NCBI GenBank assembly: GCA_036395195.1
Contig: DASWDP010000051.1
Coordinates: forward strand, 1 to 48,509
DNA from: Gemmatimonadales bacterium
Lineage (GTDB): Bacteria; Gemmatimonadota; Gemmatimonadetes; Gemmatimonadales; GWC2-71-9
Length of the DNA stretch: 48,509 nucleotides
Direction of reading: 5' to 3'
The translations under genes were made by a program, and so were the position numbers. The notes under the pieces are model-generated. The model was not told the DNA's origin. It searched no databases and worked only from the letters and a program-made list of their open reading frames with translations. This document shows positions 39,370-48,350 of this stretch, piece by piece. How positions within the stretch are numbered: position 1 is the first letter of the stretch; every line of letters begins with the position of its first letter.

Positions 39370-39951
39370 ATGCCCTCTGCTTCCCGCCGCCGCTCTGCCG
39401 CGCCGGCTCTCGCCCTCACCGGCCTCGCCCTGCTCGCCGCCGCGTGCAGCGACACCACCGGCCTGCCGGGCGCCACCGTCGAGAACGCGGTGGCGACGGT
39501 GGAGCTGTTCGCCTTGAGCGACGATTCGGTGGCGCTGCCGTCGGCGTATGTCCTCGACGGCGCCCGGCGGGTCTGGACCAATCAGTCGTCGGTGTTCGAC
39601 TTCGCGTTCGACTTCGACTCGCAAGGTCGAGCGGTCCTGCTGTCGACGTACGCGGCGTCCCCGACATTGGGAAAGCTGTCCAGCCTGCAGCGCGCGACGG
39701 TCCCATTCGATTCGGTCACGATCGCCCCCATGGGCCGGTGGGTGTACGACTCGGCCTTCGTCGTGGAGCCGGGGTCGGTGCTGCTGGTGCGCTCCCGCCC
39801 GACGTCCTGCATCACGGGTATCACCGTGTCGCTGTATGCGAAGCTGCGCGTGGTGACCGTGAACGCTGCGGCGCAGCGGCTCGAGTTCGAGATCCTGGTC
39901 GATCAGAACTGCGGCTACCGCGGCCTCGAGCCCGGACTCCCGAAGCGGTAG
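39370..39951 (+). CDS. putative lipoprotein (193 aa), function unknown
   Basis: It has a signal peptide with the lipobox LLAAAC. I recognise no family. Confidence 0.65.
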   Translation: MPSASRRRSAAPALALTGLALLAAACSDTTGLPGATVENAVATVELFALSDDSVALPSAYVLDGARRVWTNQSSVFDFAFDFDSQGRAVLLSTYAASPTLGKLSSLQRATVPFDSVTIAPMGRWVYDSAFVVEPGSVLLVRSRPTSCITGITVSLYAKLRVVTVNAAAQRLEFEILVDQNCGYRGLEPGLPKR

Positions 39952-39955
39952 CGCC

Positions 39956-41248
39956 GTGATCGATCTCAAGCTGCTGCGCGCCTCGCCCGGGCAGGTGCGC
40001 GCCGCGCTCGCCCGCCGCGGCGATGCGACGCTCACCCGGTTGCTGGACGAGCTCGAGGCGCTCGACATGAAGCGCCGCGCGCTCACCGGCCAGCTCGACC
40101 AGCTCAACGCCGAGCGGAACGAGGCCGCCAAGGCCGACGCGCGCGTCATCAAGGAAAAGGGCGCGATTCCCGCCGACGTGCGCGAGCAGCGCCGCAAGCT
40201 GGGCGAGCGCATCGACGCGCTCACGGCCGAGCGGCGGGACGTGGAAGCGACGCTCGACACCAAGCTGCTGTTCGTGCCCAACCTCCCGCTGCCCGAGCTG
40301 CCGGACGGCGACGCCTCCCACAACACGATCGTGCGCGCCTGGGGCGACCCGGCGCCGCAGGGTGGGAAGCCGCACTGGGAGCTCGGCGAGACCCTCGGGA
40401 TCCTCGACCTCGCGCGCGGGGCAAAGGTGGCGGGCTCGGGCTTTCCGCTGTTCGTCGGGCTCGGCGCGAAGCTGACGCGCGCGCTCATCACCTTCATGCT
40501 CGACCTGCACACCCGCGACCACGGCTACGTCGAGGTCGAGCCGCCGCTCCTCGTGAAGCGCGAGACGATGCAGGGCACGGGCCAGATCCCGAAGTTCGAG
40601 GACGAGGCGTACAAGACGGCGCCCGACGATCTTTTCCTCGTGCCCACCGCCGAGGTCCCCGTCACGAACCTGCATCGCGACGAGATCGTGGACGGCGCCA
40701 AGCTGCCGCTCGCCTACACCGCCTACACGCCGTGCTTCCGGCGCGAAGCGGGGGCCGCCGGGAAGGACACGCGCGGCCTCCTGCGCGTGCACCAGTTCGA
40801 CAAGGTGGAGCTGGTCCGGTTTGCCCGGCCCGCCGACTCACCGGCCGAGCACGAGCGGATGACCGGGCACGCCGAGGCCGTGCTGCAGCGCCTCGAGCTG
40901 CCGTACCGCGTGGTGCTGCTCGCGGCGGGGGACGTCGGGTTCGCGAGCGCCAAGACCTACGATCTCGAGGTCTGGGCGCCGGGCGTCGGGCAGTGGCTCG
41001 AGGTCTCGAGCTCGAGCACGTTCACCGACTTCCAGGCGCGGCGCGCCAACATCCGCTTCCGCCCAGGGCCGGGCGCGAAGCCCGAATTCGTGCACACCCT
41101 CAACGCGTCGGGCGTCGCGTTGCCGCGCACCATCGCCGCGCTGCTCGAGACGTACCAGCGGCCCGACGGCGCCGTCACCGTGCCGCAGGCGCTCGTCCCG
41201 TACCTTGGGACCGATCGCCTCGCTCCCCGCCCCCCCGGTGGCGCGTAA
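39956..41248 (+). CDS. serS: serine--tRNA ligase
   Basis: It has the N-terminal coiled coil MIDLKLLR... and the class II motifs FRREAGAAGKDTRGLLRVHQF and GSGFPLF, plus TLNASGVALPRTIAALLE. Confidence 0.96.
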   Translation: MIDLKLLRASPGQVRAALARRGDATLTRLLDELEALDMKRRALTGQLDQLNAERNEAAKADARVIKEKGAIPADVREQRRKLGERIDALTAERRDVEATLDTKLLFVPNLPLPELPDGDASHNTIVRAWGDPAPQGGKPHWELGETLGILDLARGAKVAGSGFPLFVGLGAKLTRALITFMLDLHTRDHGYVEVEPPLLVKRETMQGTGQIPKFEDEAYKTAPDDLFLVPTAEVPVTNLHRDEIVDGAKLPLAYTAYTPCFRREAGAAGKDTRGLLRVHQFDKVELVRFARPADSPAEHERMTGHAEAVLQRLELPYRVVLLAAGDVGFASAKTYDLEVWAPGVGQWLEVSSSSTFTDFQARRANIRFRPGPGAKPEFVHTLNASGVALPRTIAALLETYQRPDGAVTVPQALVPYLGTDRLAPRPPGGA

Positions 41249-42410
41249 CGCCGCTTGGCGCCGCGCGGGCCCTCCCGCCGTCGTCGGGTTGGCGCTGCTC
41301 CTGGGCGGGATCACGCTCGGCTACGCGTGGGTGGTGGCCCGGCACCTGCGGGACGACGCGCGCGAGACCAGCCGGCTGCTGGGCCGGGCGTTCGCCGGGC
41401 TGAACGATCCGCACCCCGACGCCGCCACCGCCGCGCTGCTCGACCTGGCGAGCCAGGTCCGCTCGCTCGGCGTCCCCCTCGTCGTCACCGATACCGCCGG
41501 CCGCATCACGGCGCTCGACAACGTGCCCGCGGATGTGGGCACCGACAGCGCGCGGTTGCGCGCCTGGATCGCCGCGCTCGACCGGGAGAACCGCCCGCTC
41601 GACCAGCCGGGCGTGGGCACGATCCACTTCGGGGCGCCCCCGACGGCGCGGCGCTTCACACTGCTCGCCCTGCTCGAGGGCGCGGTGCTCGTCTGCCTCG
41701 CCGGGCTGGCGGTGTGGGCCTATCGCTCCCAGGTGGGCGCGGCGCGGGATCGCCTGTGGGTTGCGATGGCGCGGGAGTCGGCGCACCAGCTCGGGACGCC
41801 GCTGATGAGCCTCACGGGATGGATTGCCTACCTGCGGGAAAATCCGGATACCGGCGCCGCCGAGCTGACCGACCATCTTCAGGCCGACGCCGAGCGGCTC
41901 GAGCGGGTCGCCAAGCGGTTCGAGCGCATCGGACGCCCGGCGCGCCGCGAGCCGCTCGGCCTGGGCGCGCTGGCGGAGCGGGTGGTGAGCTACTTCCGGC
42001 CGCGGCTGCCCACGCTCGCGAGCCCCGTCGCGCTGACCCTCGCGGCGACGGGGCCCGGACCCACGGCGCTGGGCGATCCCGTGCTCGTCGAGTGGGCCCT
42101 GGAGGCGGTGATCAAGAACGCGATCGACGCGCTCTCGGGGCGCGGCGGACGGATCGACGTCACGGTCGAGGCGGCGGCGCGCGCCGCCCGGGTCCGCGTG
42201 CGCGACGACGGCCCGGGCGTGGCCGCGGAGGTGCGGGCTCAGCTGTTCGAGCCGGGCGTGACGACCAAGCCGGGCGGCTGGGGGATCGGCCTCGCGCTGG
42301 CGCGCCGCATCGTCGAGCAGCAGCACGGCGGCCGCCTGCTGTACCGGCCGGGGCCGAACGGGCAGGGGGCGGAGTTCGTGCTGGAATTCCCACTCGTGAG
42401 CGCGACGTGA
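41238..42410 (+). CDS. sensor histidine kinase (two TM, HisKA plus HATPase_c); no adjacent cognate regulator
   Basis: It has the H-box ESAHQLGTPLMSLTGW, the N-box VIKNAIDA, the G1 block VRDDGPGV and the G2 block GWGIGLALAR. The start is uncertain: GTG 41238 or TTG 41205, both overlapping the serS 3' end. Confidence 0.85.
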   Translation: MARNAAWRRAGPPAVVGLALLLGGITLGYAWVVARHLRDDARETSRLLGRAFAGLNDPHPDAATAALLDLASQVRSLGVPLVVTDTAGRITALDNVPADVGTDSARLRAWIAALDRENRPLDQPGVGTIHFGAPPTARRFTLLALLEGAVLVCLAGLAVWAYRSQVGAARDRLWVAMARESAHQLGTPLMSLTGWIAYLRENPDTGAAELTDHLQADAERLERVAKRFERIGRPARREPLGLGALAERVVSYFRPRLPTLASPVALTLAATGPGPTALGDPVLVEWALEAVIKNAIDALSGRGGRIDVTVEAAARAARVRVRDDGPGVAAEVRAQLFEPGVTTKPGGWGIGLALARRIVEQQHGGRLLYRPGPNGQGAEFVLEFPLVSAT

Positions 42411-42440
42411 CGGGCATCAGGGTGTCCCCGACGTTGATTT

Positions 42441-42531
42441 CCCAGGCTGAAGCCTGGGCTCGGCCCGACGCTGCCCTAAAGGGTATTGCCCTTCAGGGCA
42501 GTGATGCGCCGAGCCCACCCTTCAGGGTGGG
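42441..42531 (+). other. cluster of three stem-loops with alternative long-range pairing in the 130-nt spacer upstream of uvrD
   Basis: H1 is CCCAGGC-TGAA-GCCTGGG (42441-42458). H2 is CTGCCCTAAAGGG-TATTG-CCCTTCAGGGCAG (42471-42501, one mismatch). H3 is CCCACCC-TT/CA-GGGTGGG (42514-42531). GGGCTCGGC (42456-42464) can instead pair with GCCGAGCCC (42508-42516). Confidence 0.5.
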
Positions 42532-42540
42532 AATACCGGC

Positions 42541-44760
42541 GTGACCCTCGCCCTCAATCCCCAGCAGGAGGCCGCCGTCCGCCATCCCGGCGGGCCGCTC
42601 CTCGTGCTCGCCGGCGCGGGCTCGGGGAAGACCCGGGTGCTCACCGCGCGGATCGCCCACCTGATCCAGGAACGGGGCGTCGCGCCCTCGCGCATCTTCG
42701 CGGTCACGTTCACGAACAAGGCGGCGGGGGAGATGCGCGCCCGCGTGGCCACGCTGCTGGGCGCCGACCCGCGAGGGCTCTGGATCGGCACGTTCCACGC
42801 CCTCTCCGCCCGGCTGCTGCGGCGCGAGGCCGCCCACCTCGGCTTCGGCCCCAACTTCACGATCTACGACCAGGACGACTCCGAGTCGTTCATCAAGCGC
42901 TTGCTCGAGCAACGCGGCCTCTCGCCCAAAGCCCATCCGCCGCGCACGATTCACGCCATCATCTCGGGGGCGAAGAACCGCATGGTGCTCCCCGAAGAGC
43001 TGGGGGCGAGCGCCGACAGCCCGCTCGAACGCGTCGCCGCGGACGTCTACGCCGCGCTCGGCCCGGCCCTCAAGCAGGCCAATGCGATGGACTTCGACGA
43101 CTTGCTGCTGTACCCGCTCACCCTGTTCCAGGAGCATCCCGAGCGGCTCGCCTACTGGCAGCGCCGCTTCGACCACGTGCTGGTGGACGAGTTCCAGGAC
43201 ACCAACGCCGCCCAGTACCGGCTCGTGAAGCTGCTCGCCCGAGAGCACAAGAACTTCTGCGTCGTCGGGGACGACGACCAGGCGATCTACGGCTGGCGCG
43301 GGGCCGACGTGCGGCACATGCTGTCGTTCCAGCACGATTTTCCCGGCACGACGCTCATCAAACTGGAGCAGAACTACCGCTCCACGCAGGTGATCCTGGA
43401 CGCCGCCAACGGGGTGATCGCCGAGAACGCGCGGCGGCTCGGCAAGACCCTGTTCACCGCCAAGCAGGGCGGAGACCCCGTCACGTTCCTCACCGCCGCC
43501 GACGAGCGCGACGAGGCCGAGTGGCTTGCGGCCGAGCTGGCGCGCCGCGCGGCGGGCGCCGACGTGCCGTACGAGGGGATGGCGATCCTGTACCGCACCA
43601 ACGCGCAGTCGCGCCCCCTGGAAGAGGCGTTCCGCTTCCGCGGGATCCCCTACCGGCTCGTCGGGGCCGTGAGCTTCTACGAGCGGCGCGAGGTGAAGGA
43701 CGTGCTCGCCTACCTGCGGCTCATCGCGAACCCGGCGGACGACGAGGCGTTCGCCCGCATCGTGAACGTCCCCCGCCGGGGGATCGGCGACGCGTCGTTC
43801 GCGCAGCTCGTGCGCGCGGCGACCCAGTGGGGGAAGCCGCTGCTCGAGGCGGCCCGCGCGGCGGACCGGATCCCCGACCTGCGACCCAGCGTGCGGGAGG
43901 CGTTCGGCGCGCTGGCGCGCCTCGTAGACGAGCTGCGGGCGCAGTGGGGGCAGGCGGACCCCGCCACGGTGCTCGAGCAGCTGGTGTCGGCGGTGGGCTA
44001 CGCCCGCTATCTCGCCGAGGAAGGACCCGAGGGGATCGAGCGGCTGGACAACGTCCAGGAGCTGATCGCCGGAGCGGCCGGGTGGGCGGAGACGGCGGAG
44101 GACGAGGGGACGGGGGACGAGGGAGAGGGGACGGGCGCGACTCTGATCGGGCGCTATCTCACCCAGGCGGCCCTCGTGACCTCCGCCGATCAGGGGACGG
44201 GTGACCCGACCGGCGTGACGCTGATGACGGTGCACATGGCGAAGGGCCTCGAGTGGCCGGTGGTGGTGCTCGCGGGACTCGAGGACGGACTGTTCCCGCT
44301 GGCGCGCGCGGCGGGGGAGCCGGGGGGGCTCGAGGAGGAGCGACGGCTGTGCTACGTGGGTCTCACGCGGGCGCGCGAAAAATTGTATCTCTCATGGGCG
44401 CGTACGCGGTATCGCAACGGCCGGCTGGAGCTGTCGGAGCCGTCACGCTTTCTCGAGGCCGTGCCGCCGAGTGTGCTCGAGGAGCGCAGCACGACGCCCT
44501 CGTGGGATCGCGGTCGCGCGCGCCGCGCGGCGCGCGCGCCGGTCGAAGTGGAGTGGGAAGCCGAGGCGTCGCAGGACGTCCCGCGCTACGTCGCGGGCGA
44601 GCGGGTGCGGCATCGCAAGTTCGGCGGCGGCGTGGTGCGGGCGGTGTCGGGCTCGGGACGCGACCTCAAGGTGACGGTGGAGTTCGACGACCAGGAGGTC
44701 GGAACCAAGCAGTTGCTCGTGGCCTATGCGGGGCTCGAGCGCGAATGGGAGAGTGCATGA
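42541..44760 (+). CDS. uvrD: ATP-dependent DNA helicase, UvrD/PcrA family
   Basis: It has the helicase motifs AGAGSGKTRVLTARIAHL, TFTNKAA, VDEFQDTN, NYRST, VHMAKGLEW and YVGLTRAR. Confidence 0.95.
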   Translation: MTLALNPQQEAAVRHPGGPLLVLAGAGSGKTRVLTARIAHLIQERGVAPSRIFAVTFTNKAAGEMRARVATLLGADPRGLWIGTFHALSARLLRREAAHLGFGPNFTIYDQDDSESFIKRLLEQRGLSPKAHPPRTIHAIISGAKNRMVLPEELGASADSPLERVAADVYAALGPALKQANAMDFDDLLLYPLTLFQEHPERLAYWQRRFDHVLVDEFQDTNAAQYRLVKLLAREHKNFCVVGDDDQAIYGWRGADVRHMLSFQHDFPGTTLIKLEQNYRSTQVILDAANGVIAENARRLGKTLFTAKQGGDPVTFLTAADERDEAEWLAAELARRAAGADVPYEGMAILYRTNAQSRPLEEAFRFRGIPYRLVGAVSFYERREVKDVLAYLRLIANPADDEAFARIVNVPRRGIGDASFAQLVRAATQWGKPLLEAARAADRIPDLRPSVREAFGALARLVDELRAQWGQADPATVLEQLVSAVGYARYLAEEGPEGIERLDNVQELIAGAAGWAETAEDEGTGDEGEGTGATLIGRYLTQAALVTSADQGTGDPTGVTLMTVHMAKGLEWPVVVLAGLEDGLFPLARAAGEPGGLEEERRLCYVGLTRAREKLYLSWARTRYRNGRLELSEPSRFLEAVPPSVLEERSTTPSWDRGRARRAARAPVEVEWEAEASQDVPRYVAGERVRHRKFGGGVVRAVSGSGRDLKVTVEFDDQEVGTKQLLVAYAGLEREWESA
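44099..44135 (+). repeat. heptamer array (GGGGACG GGGGACG AGGGAGA GGGGACG) inside uvrD; a second same-orientation copy GGGGACGGGTGAC lies at 44193-44205
   Basis: Read directly from the sequence. It uses the same unit as the miaA arms and encodes EGTGDEGEGTG and QGTGD on either side of the conserved block RYLTQAALVTSAD. Confidence 0.7.
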
Positions 44761-45062
44761 GCGTCACGCATGACGACGTGTTGAAGATCGCGCGGCTCGC
44801 GGAGCTGGCGGTGAGCGACGAGGCGCTGCCCGAGCTCGCGGCGCAGATGTCGCGGATTCTCGACTACGTCGCCCAGATCAACAGCGTGCCGGCGAGCGAG
44901 GGCGTGAAGCCGTTCGTCCCGGGGCCGGACGCCGTCCGGTTCCGCCCGGACGAGGTGAAGCCCGCGCCGCTCGCGTTCGGGCCCGCCCAGTTCGCGCCCG
45001 CGTTCCGGGACGGCTTCTTCGTGGTGCCGAGGCTGGGGCAGTTCGAGGACGCCGAGTCGTGA
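44757..45062 (+). CDS. gatC: Asp-tRNA(Asn)/Glu-tRNA(Gln) amidotransferase subunit C
   Basis: VLKIARLAELAVSDEALPELAAQMSRILDYVAQI is typical of GatC. There is an ATGA overlap with uvrD, and gatA follows. Confidence 0.92.
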   Translation: MSVTHDDVLKIARLAELAVSDEALPELAAQMSRILDYVAQINSVPASEGVKPFVPGPDAVRFRPDEVKPAPLAFGPAQFAPAFRDGFFVVPRLGQFEDAES

Positions 45063-46447
45063 GCGATCCGAGCGAAGCGCTCGTGAGCGCCAAGGCGGCG
45101 GCCGACCGCCTCGTCAAAGCCAAACGCCTGAACGCCTGCCTCACCCCGCCGAAGGACCTGCGCAAGTCGCTCGTCGCGCAGGCGCAGACCGCACATCCGT
45201 CCGGGGTGCTGTACGGGATGCCGGTCGCGGTGAAAGACAACATCTGCACGCTCGAGTTCACGACCACGTGTGGCTCCAAGATTCTTCAGGGCTACCGCTC
45301 GCCCTACGAGGCGACCGCCGTGGCGAAGCTCAAGGCGGCGGGCGCGCTCGTCGCCGGGAAGACGAACTGCGACGAGTTCGCGATGGGCTCGTCCACGGAG
45401 CATTCCGCGTACGGCCGCTCGCTGCACCCGTTCGACAAGATGCGCGTGCCCGGCGGCTCGTCGGGAGGCTCGGCAGCGCTGGTCGCCGCGGGCGCCGTGC
45501 CGACGGCGCTGGGCTCGGAGACCGGCGGGTCGGTGCGGCAGCCAGCGTCGTTCTGCGGCGTGGTGGGCATCAAGCCGACCTATGGGCGCGTGTCCCGCTA
45601 CGGGCTGGTCGCCTTCGGCTCGTCGCTCGATCAGATCGGGGTGCTGGGCCGCAGCGTCCACGACGCGGCCCGCGTGCTGTCGGTGATCAGCGGGCGGGAC
45701 CCGAGGGACGCGACCTGCGAGGACCGCGACCCGCTGCGGCTGCCCACCGTGCCCGAGTCGCTGCAGGGGTTCGTGATCGGGATCCCGAAGGAATACTTCC
45801 CGTCCGACCTCGACCCCGCGGTGCGGCGCGCCTGCGACCGGGCGATCCGGATCTTCCGGGAGCAGGGGGCGGCGGTGCGCGAGGTGTCGCTGCCGCACAC
45901 CCCGTACGCGGTGGCGACCTACTACATCATCGCGCCGGCCGAGGCGTCGTCGAACCTGGCGCGGTACGACGGAGCGCGCTACGGCCCGCGCTTCGACGGC
46001 GCGGCCGACGTGCGGTCGCTGTACCGCACCACGCGGGGCGAGGGGTTCGGCCCCGAGGTGCGGCGGCGGATCCTCGTCGGAACCTACGTGCTGTCGTCGG
46101 GCTACTACGACGCGTATTACCGCAAAGCCCAGCAGATGCGCGCGCTGATCGCGCAGGATTTCCGCAACGCGTTCGACCGCGGCGTGGATCTGCTGTTCAC
46201 GCCCACCACGCCGACGCCGGCGTTCAAGGCGGGCGAGAAGCTCGCCGACCCGGTGGCGATGTACCTCTCCGACATCTTCACGGTCACCGCGAACCTCGCG
46301 GGCCTCCCGGCGCTCTCGCTGCCGATCGGGCGCATCAAGGGCCTGCCGATCGGCGGGCAGTTCATCGGCCAGGCCTTCCTCGAGGACGAGATGATCGAGG
46401 CGGCGTACGCGCTCGAGCGGGTCGTCCCGGCGGCGGAGGAAGCCTGA
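45059..46447 (+). CDS. gatA: Asp-tRNA(Asn)/Glu-tRNA(Gln) amidotransferase subunit A
   Basis: It has the amidase signature GGSSGGSAALVAAG...GSETGGSVRQPASFCG. Confidence 0.96.
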   Translation: MSDPSEALVSAKAAADRLVKAKRLNACLTPPKDLRKSLVAQAQTAHPSGVLYGMPVAVKDNICTLEFTTTCGSKILQGYRSPYEATAVAKLKAAGALVAGKTNCDEFAMGSSTEHSAYGRSLHPFDKMRVPGGSSGGSAALVAAGAVPTALGSETGGSVRQPASFCGVVGIKPTYGRVSRYGLVAFGSSLDQIGVLGRSVHDAARVLSVISGRDPRDATCEDRDPLRLPTVPESLQGFVIGIPKEYFPSDLDPAVRRACDRAIRIFREQGAAVREVSLPHTPYAVATYYIIAPAEASSNLARYDGARYGPRFDGAADVRSLYRTTRGEGFGPEVRRRILVGTYVLSSGYYDAYYRKAQQMRALIAQDFRNAFDRGVDLLFTPTTPTPAFKAGEKLADPVAMYLSDIFTVTANLAGLPALSLPIGRIKGLPIGGQFIGQAFLEDEMIEAAYALERVVPAAEEA

Positions 46448-47874
46448 TGCCGGTTTGGGAGACGGTTATCGGGCTCGAGACGCACGTCCAGCTGCGGACG
46501 CTCTCGAAGATGTTCTGCGGCTGTTCTGCGGCGTTCGGAGCCCCGCCCAACACCAACGTCTGCCCGGTGTGTCTCGGCCTGCCGGGCGCGCTGCCGGTGC
46601 CGAACGAGCAGGCCCTGAAGCTCGCGGTGCGCGCCGCCCTGGCCCTTGAGTGCACCGTGCACCCGCGTAGCATCTTCGCGCGCAAGAATTATTTCTATCC
46701 CGACCTGCCGAAGGGCTACCAGATCTCGCAGTTCGAGCAGCCGCTTTCGACCGAGGGGTCGGTGTCGTACTTGTCGCCGGAGCGTGGAATCGCGACGGCT
46801 GCAATCATACGGCTGCACGTCGAGGAGGACGCCGGCAAGTCGCTACACGACCGGTTCCCGAAGCAGACGGCGATCGACCTGAACCGCTGCGGCGTCCCGC
46901 TCATCGAGATCGTCACCGGCCCCGACTTTCGCTCGCCGCAGGAGGCACGCGCCTATCTCCTCACTCTGAAGCAGGTGCTCGAGTACGCCGGCGCCTCCGA
47001 CTGCGACATGGAAAAAGGCAGCCTGCGGGTGGACGCGAACGTCTCGGTGCGGCGGGCGGGCGAGACGGCGCTCGGCACCAAGACCGAGGTGAAGAACATC
47101 AATTCGTTCGCCTACGTCGAGAAGGCGCTCACCGTGGAGCGCGACCGCCAGATCGCGCTGCTCGAAGGTGGGGGCAAGGTCGAGCAGCAGACGATGCTGT
47201 ACGATGCGAAGACGAACAGCGTGCGGCCGCAGCGCAGCAAGGAAGAGAGCCACGACTACCGCTACTTCCCGGACCCCGACCTGCCGCCGCTCGTGCTGCA
47301 TCCCGACTTCATCGAGGAGCAGCGCGCCGCGCTGCCCGAGCTGCCGGCCACGAAGCGGGAGCGCTTCACCGCGCAGTACGCGCTGGGCGTCGACGAGGCC
47401 GCCGTGCTCACCGCGGACCGCGCGGTGGCGGACTACTACGAGGCGGTGGTGCACGCGGGGGCCGAGCCCAAGGCGGCGGCGAACTGGGTGCGCACGGAGG
47501 TGCTGGCGGACGCCAAGGACCACCGGGAGGCGCTGCGGGTGCCGGCGTCGTCCCTGGCGCAGATCATCTCGCTCGTGAAGGGGGGGACGCTCTCGCACCA
47601 GGCGGCGAAGCGCGTGTTCGGCGAGGTGGCGGAGCGGGGCGGGGAGCCGCGCAACGTCGCCGAAGCGCTCGGGCTGGTGCAGGTGGCGGACACGGGCATG
47701 GTGGCCGGCTGGGTGAGCGAGGTGCTCGGCACCTACGTGACCGAGGTATCGCGCTACAAGAGCGGCGAGACCAGGCTGTTGCAGTTCTTCGTGGGCCAGG
47801 TGATGAAGGCGTCGCGTGGCAAGGCAGACCCGAAGCTGGCGCAGAGGGTGCTCGAGGAGAAGCTGGCGTCCTGA
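46447..47874 (+). CDS. gatB: Asp-tRNA(Asn)/Glu-tRNA(Gln) amidotransferase subunit B
   Basis: It contains WETVIGLETHVQL, KMFCGC, NTNVCPVCLGLPGALPV, NYFYPDLPKGYQISQ and the C-terminal GatB/YqeY block. Confidence 0.96.
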   Translation: MPVWETVIGLETHVQLRTLSKMFCGCSAAFGAPPNTNVCPVCLGLPGALPVPNEQALKLAVRAALALECTVHPRSIFARKNYFYPDLPKGYQISQFEQPLSTEGSVSYLSPERGIATAAIIRLHVEEDAGKSLHDRFPKQTAIDLNRCGVPLIEIVTGPDFRSPQEARAYLLTLKQVLEYAGASDCDMEKGSLRVDANVSVRRAGETALGTKTEVKNINSFAYVEKALTVERDRQIALLEGGGKVEQQTMLYDAKTNSVRPQRSKEESHDYRYFPDPDLPPLVLHPDFIEEQRAALPELPATKRERFTAQYALGVDEAAVLTADRAVADYYEAVVHAGAEPKAAANWVRTEVLADAKDHREALRVPASSLAQIISLVKGGTLSHQAAKRVFGEVAERGGEPRNVAEALGLVQVADTGMVAGWVSEVLGTYVTEVSRYKSGETRLLQFFVGQVMKASRGKADPKLAQRVLEEKLAS

Positions 47875-47927
47875 GGGCCTTCCAGCTGCACATCCCTTCC
47901 CATCATTAGTTGTCCATGCAACCCCCG

Positions 47928-47971
47928 AGCCTGGGCGAGCTTACACAGGGGGCGGCCCAGCTTTGCTTTTT
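47928..47971 (+). terminator. candidate rho-independent terminator after gatB
   Basis: The imperfect stem AGC(C)TGGGC / GCCCAGCT has a ~18-nt loop and is followed by TTTGCTTTTT. Confidence 0.45.
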
Positions 47972-47977
47972 GTGAAC

Positions 47978-48031
47978 TTGACTTTCACTATAATATCAAT
48001 AATATTCATATAGTAGTTAATATAGTGAAAG
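47978..48031 (+). promoter_or_regulatory. AT-rich promoter/operator region with candidate TTGACT-N17-AATATT (and an overlapping perfect TATAAT at 47989-47994) and the 11-bp inverted repeat CTTTCACTATA-N28-TATAGTGAAAG
   Basis: Read directly from the sequence. The inverted-repeat arms lie at 47982-47992 and 48021-48031. The region is far more A/T-rich than anything else in the window and lies immediately upstream of an HTH gene. Confidence 0.5.
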
Positions 48032-48041
48032 GTAGGCGGAG

Positions 48042-48350
48042 GTGGTGCCACGCTGGATCGACCGTTTGAGCGACGAGGATCTCGCGTTCCTGAAGCGATT
48101 CCTGCTGTCTGGGGGCACGCTGAAGGATCTCGCCGCCCAGTACAACATCTCGTACCCCACCGTCCGACTGCGGCTGGACCGGCTGATCGAGAAGGTCAAG
48201 CTGGTCGACGCCGCACCGGATGCGGGTCCGTTCGAGCAGCGGCTCCGCGCCGCTTACGCGGACGGCCGGCTCGACGCCGAGACGTTTCGCACGCTCCTTG
48301 AGGCCCATAAACGAGAGCAGGAGGATCGACATGAGACGCGTGCTCGCTAG
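48042..48350 (+). CDS. DUF2089-like helix-turn-helix protein lacking the usual N-terminal zinc ribbon (102 aa)
   Basis: LSDEDLAFLKRFLLSGGTLKDLAAQYNISYPTVRLRLDRLIEKV matches the DUF2089 C-terminal pattern (LS.E.L.F...F....G.IKE.E...GISYPTVR..LD.VI). The start is GTG with GGAGG immediately upstream. Confidence 0.7.
   Translation: MVPRWIDRLSDEDLAFLKRFLLSGGTLKDLAAQYNISYPTVRLRLDRLIEKVKLVDAAPDAGPFEQRLRAAYADGRLDAETFRTLLEAHKREQEDRHETRAR

Noticed and set aside
39952-39955. A T-box or other leader regulating serS, and a functional link between serS and the two tRNA-Ser genes.
   Set aside because: serS starts 4 nt after the upstream lipoprotein gene, so there is no leader. The tRNA genes are 39 kb away, so co-occurrence in one window is not evidence of linkage.
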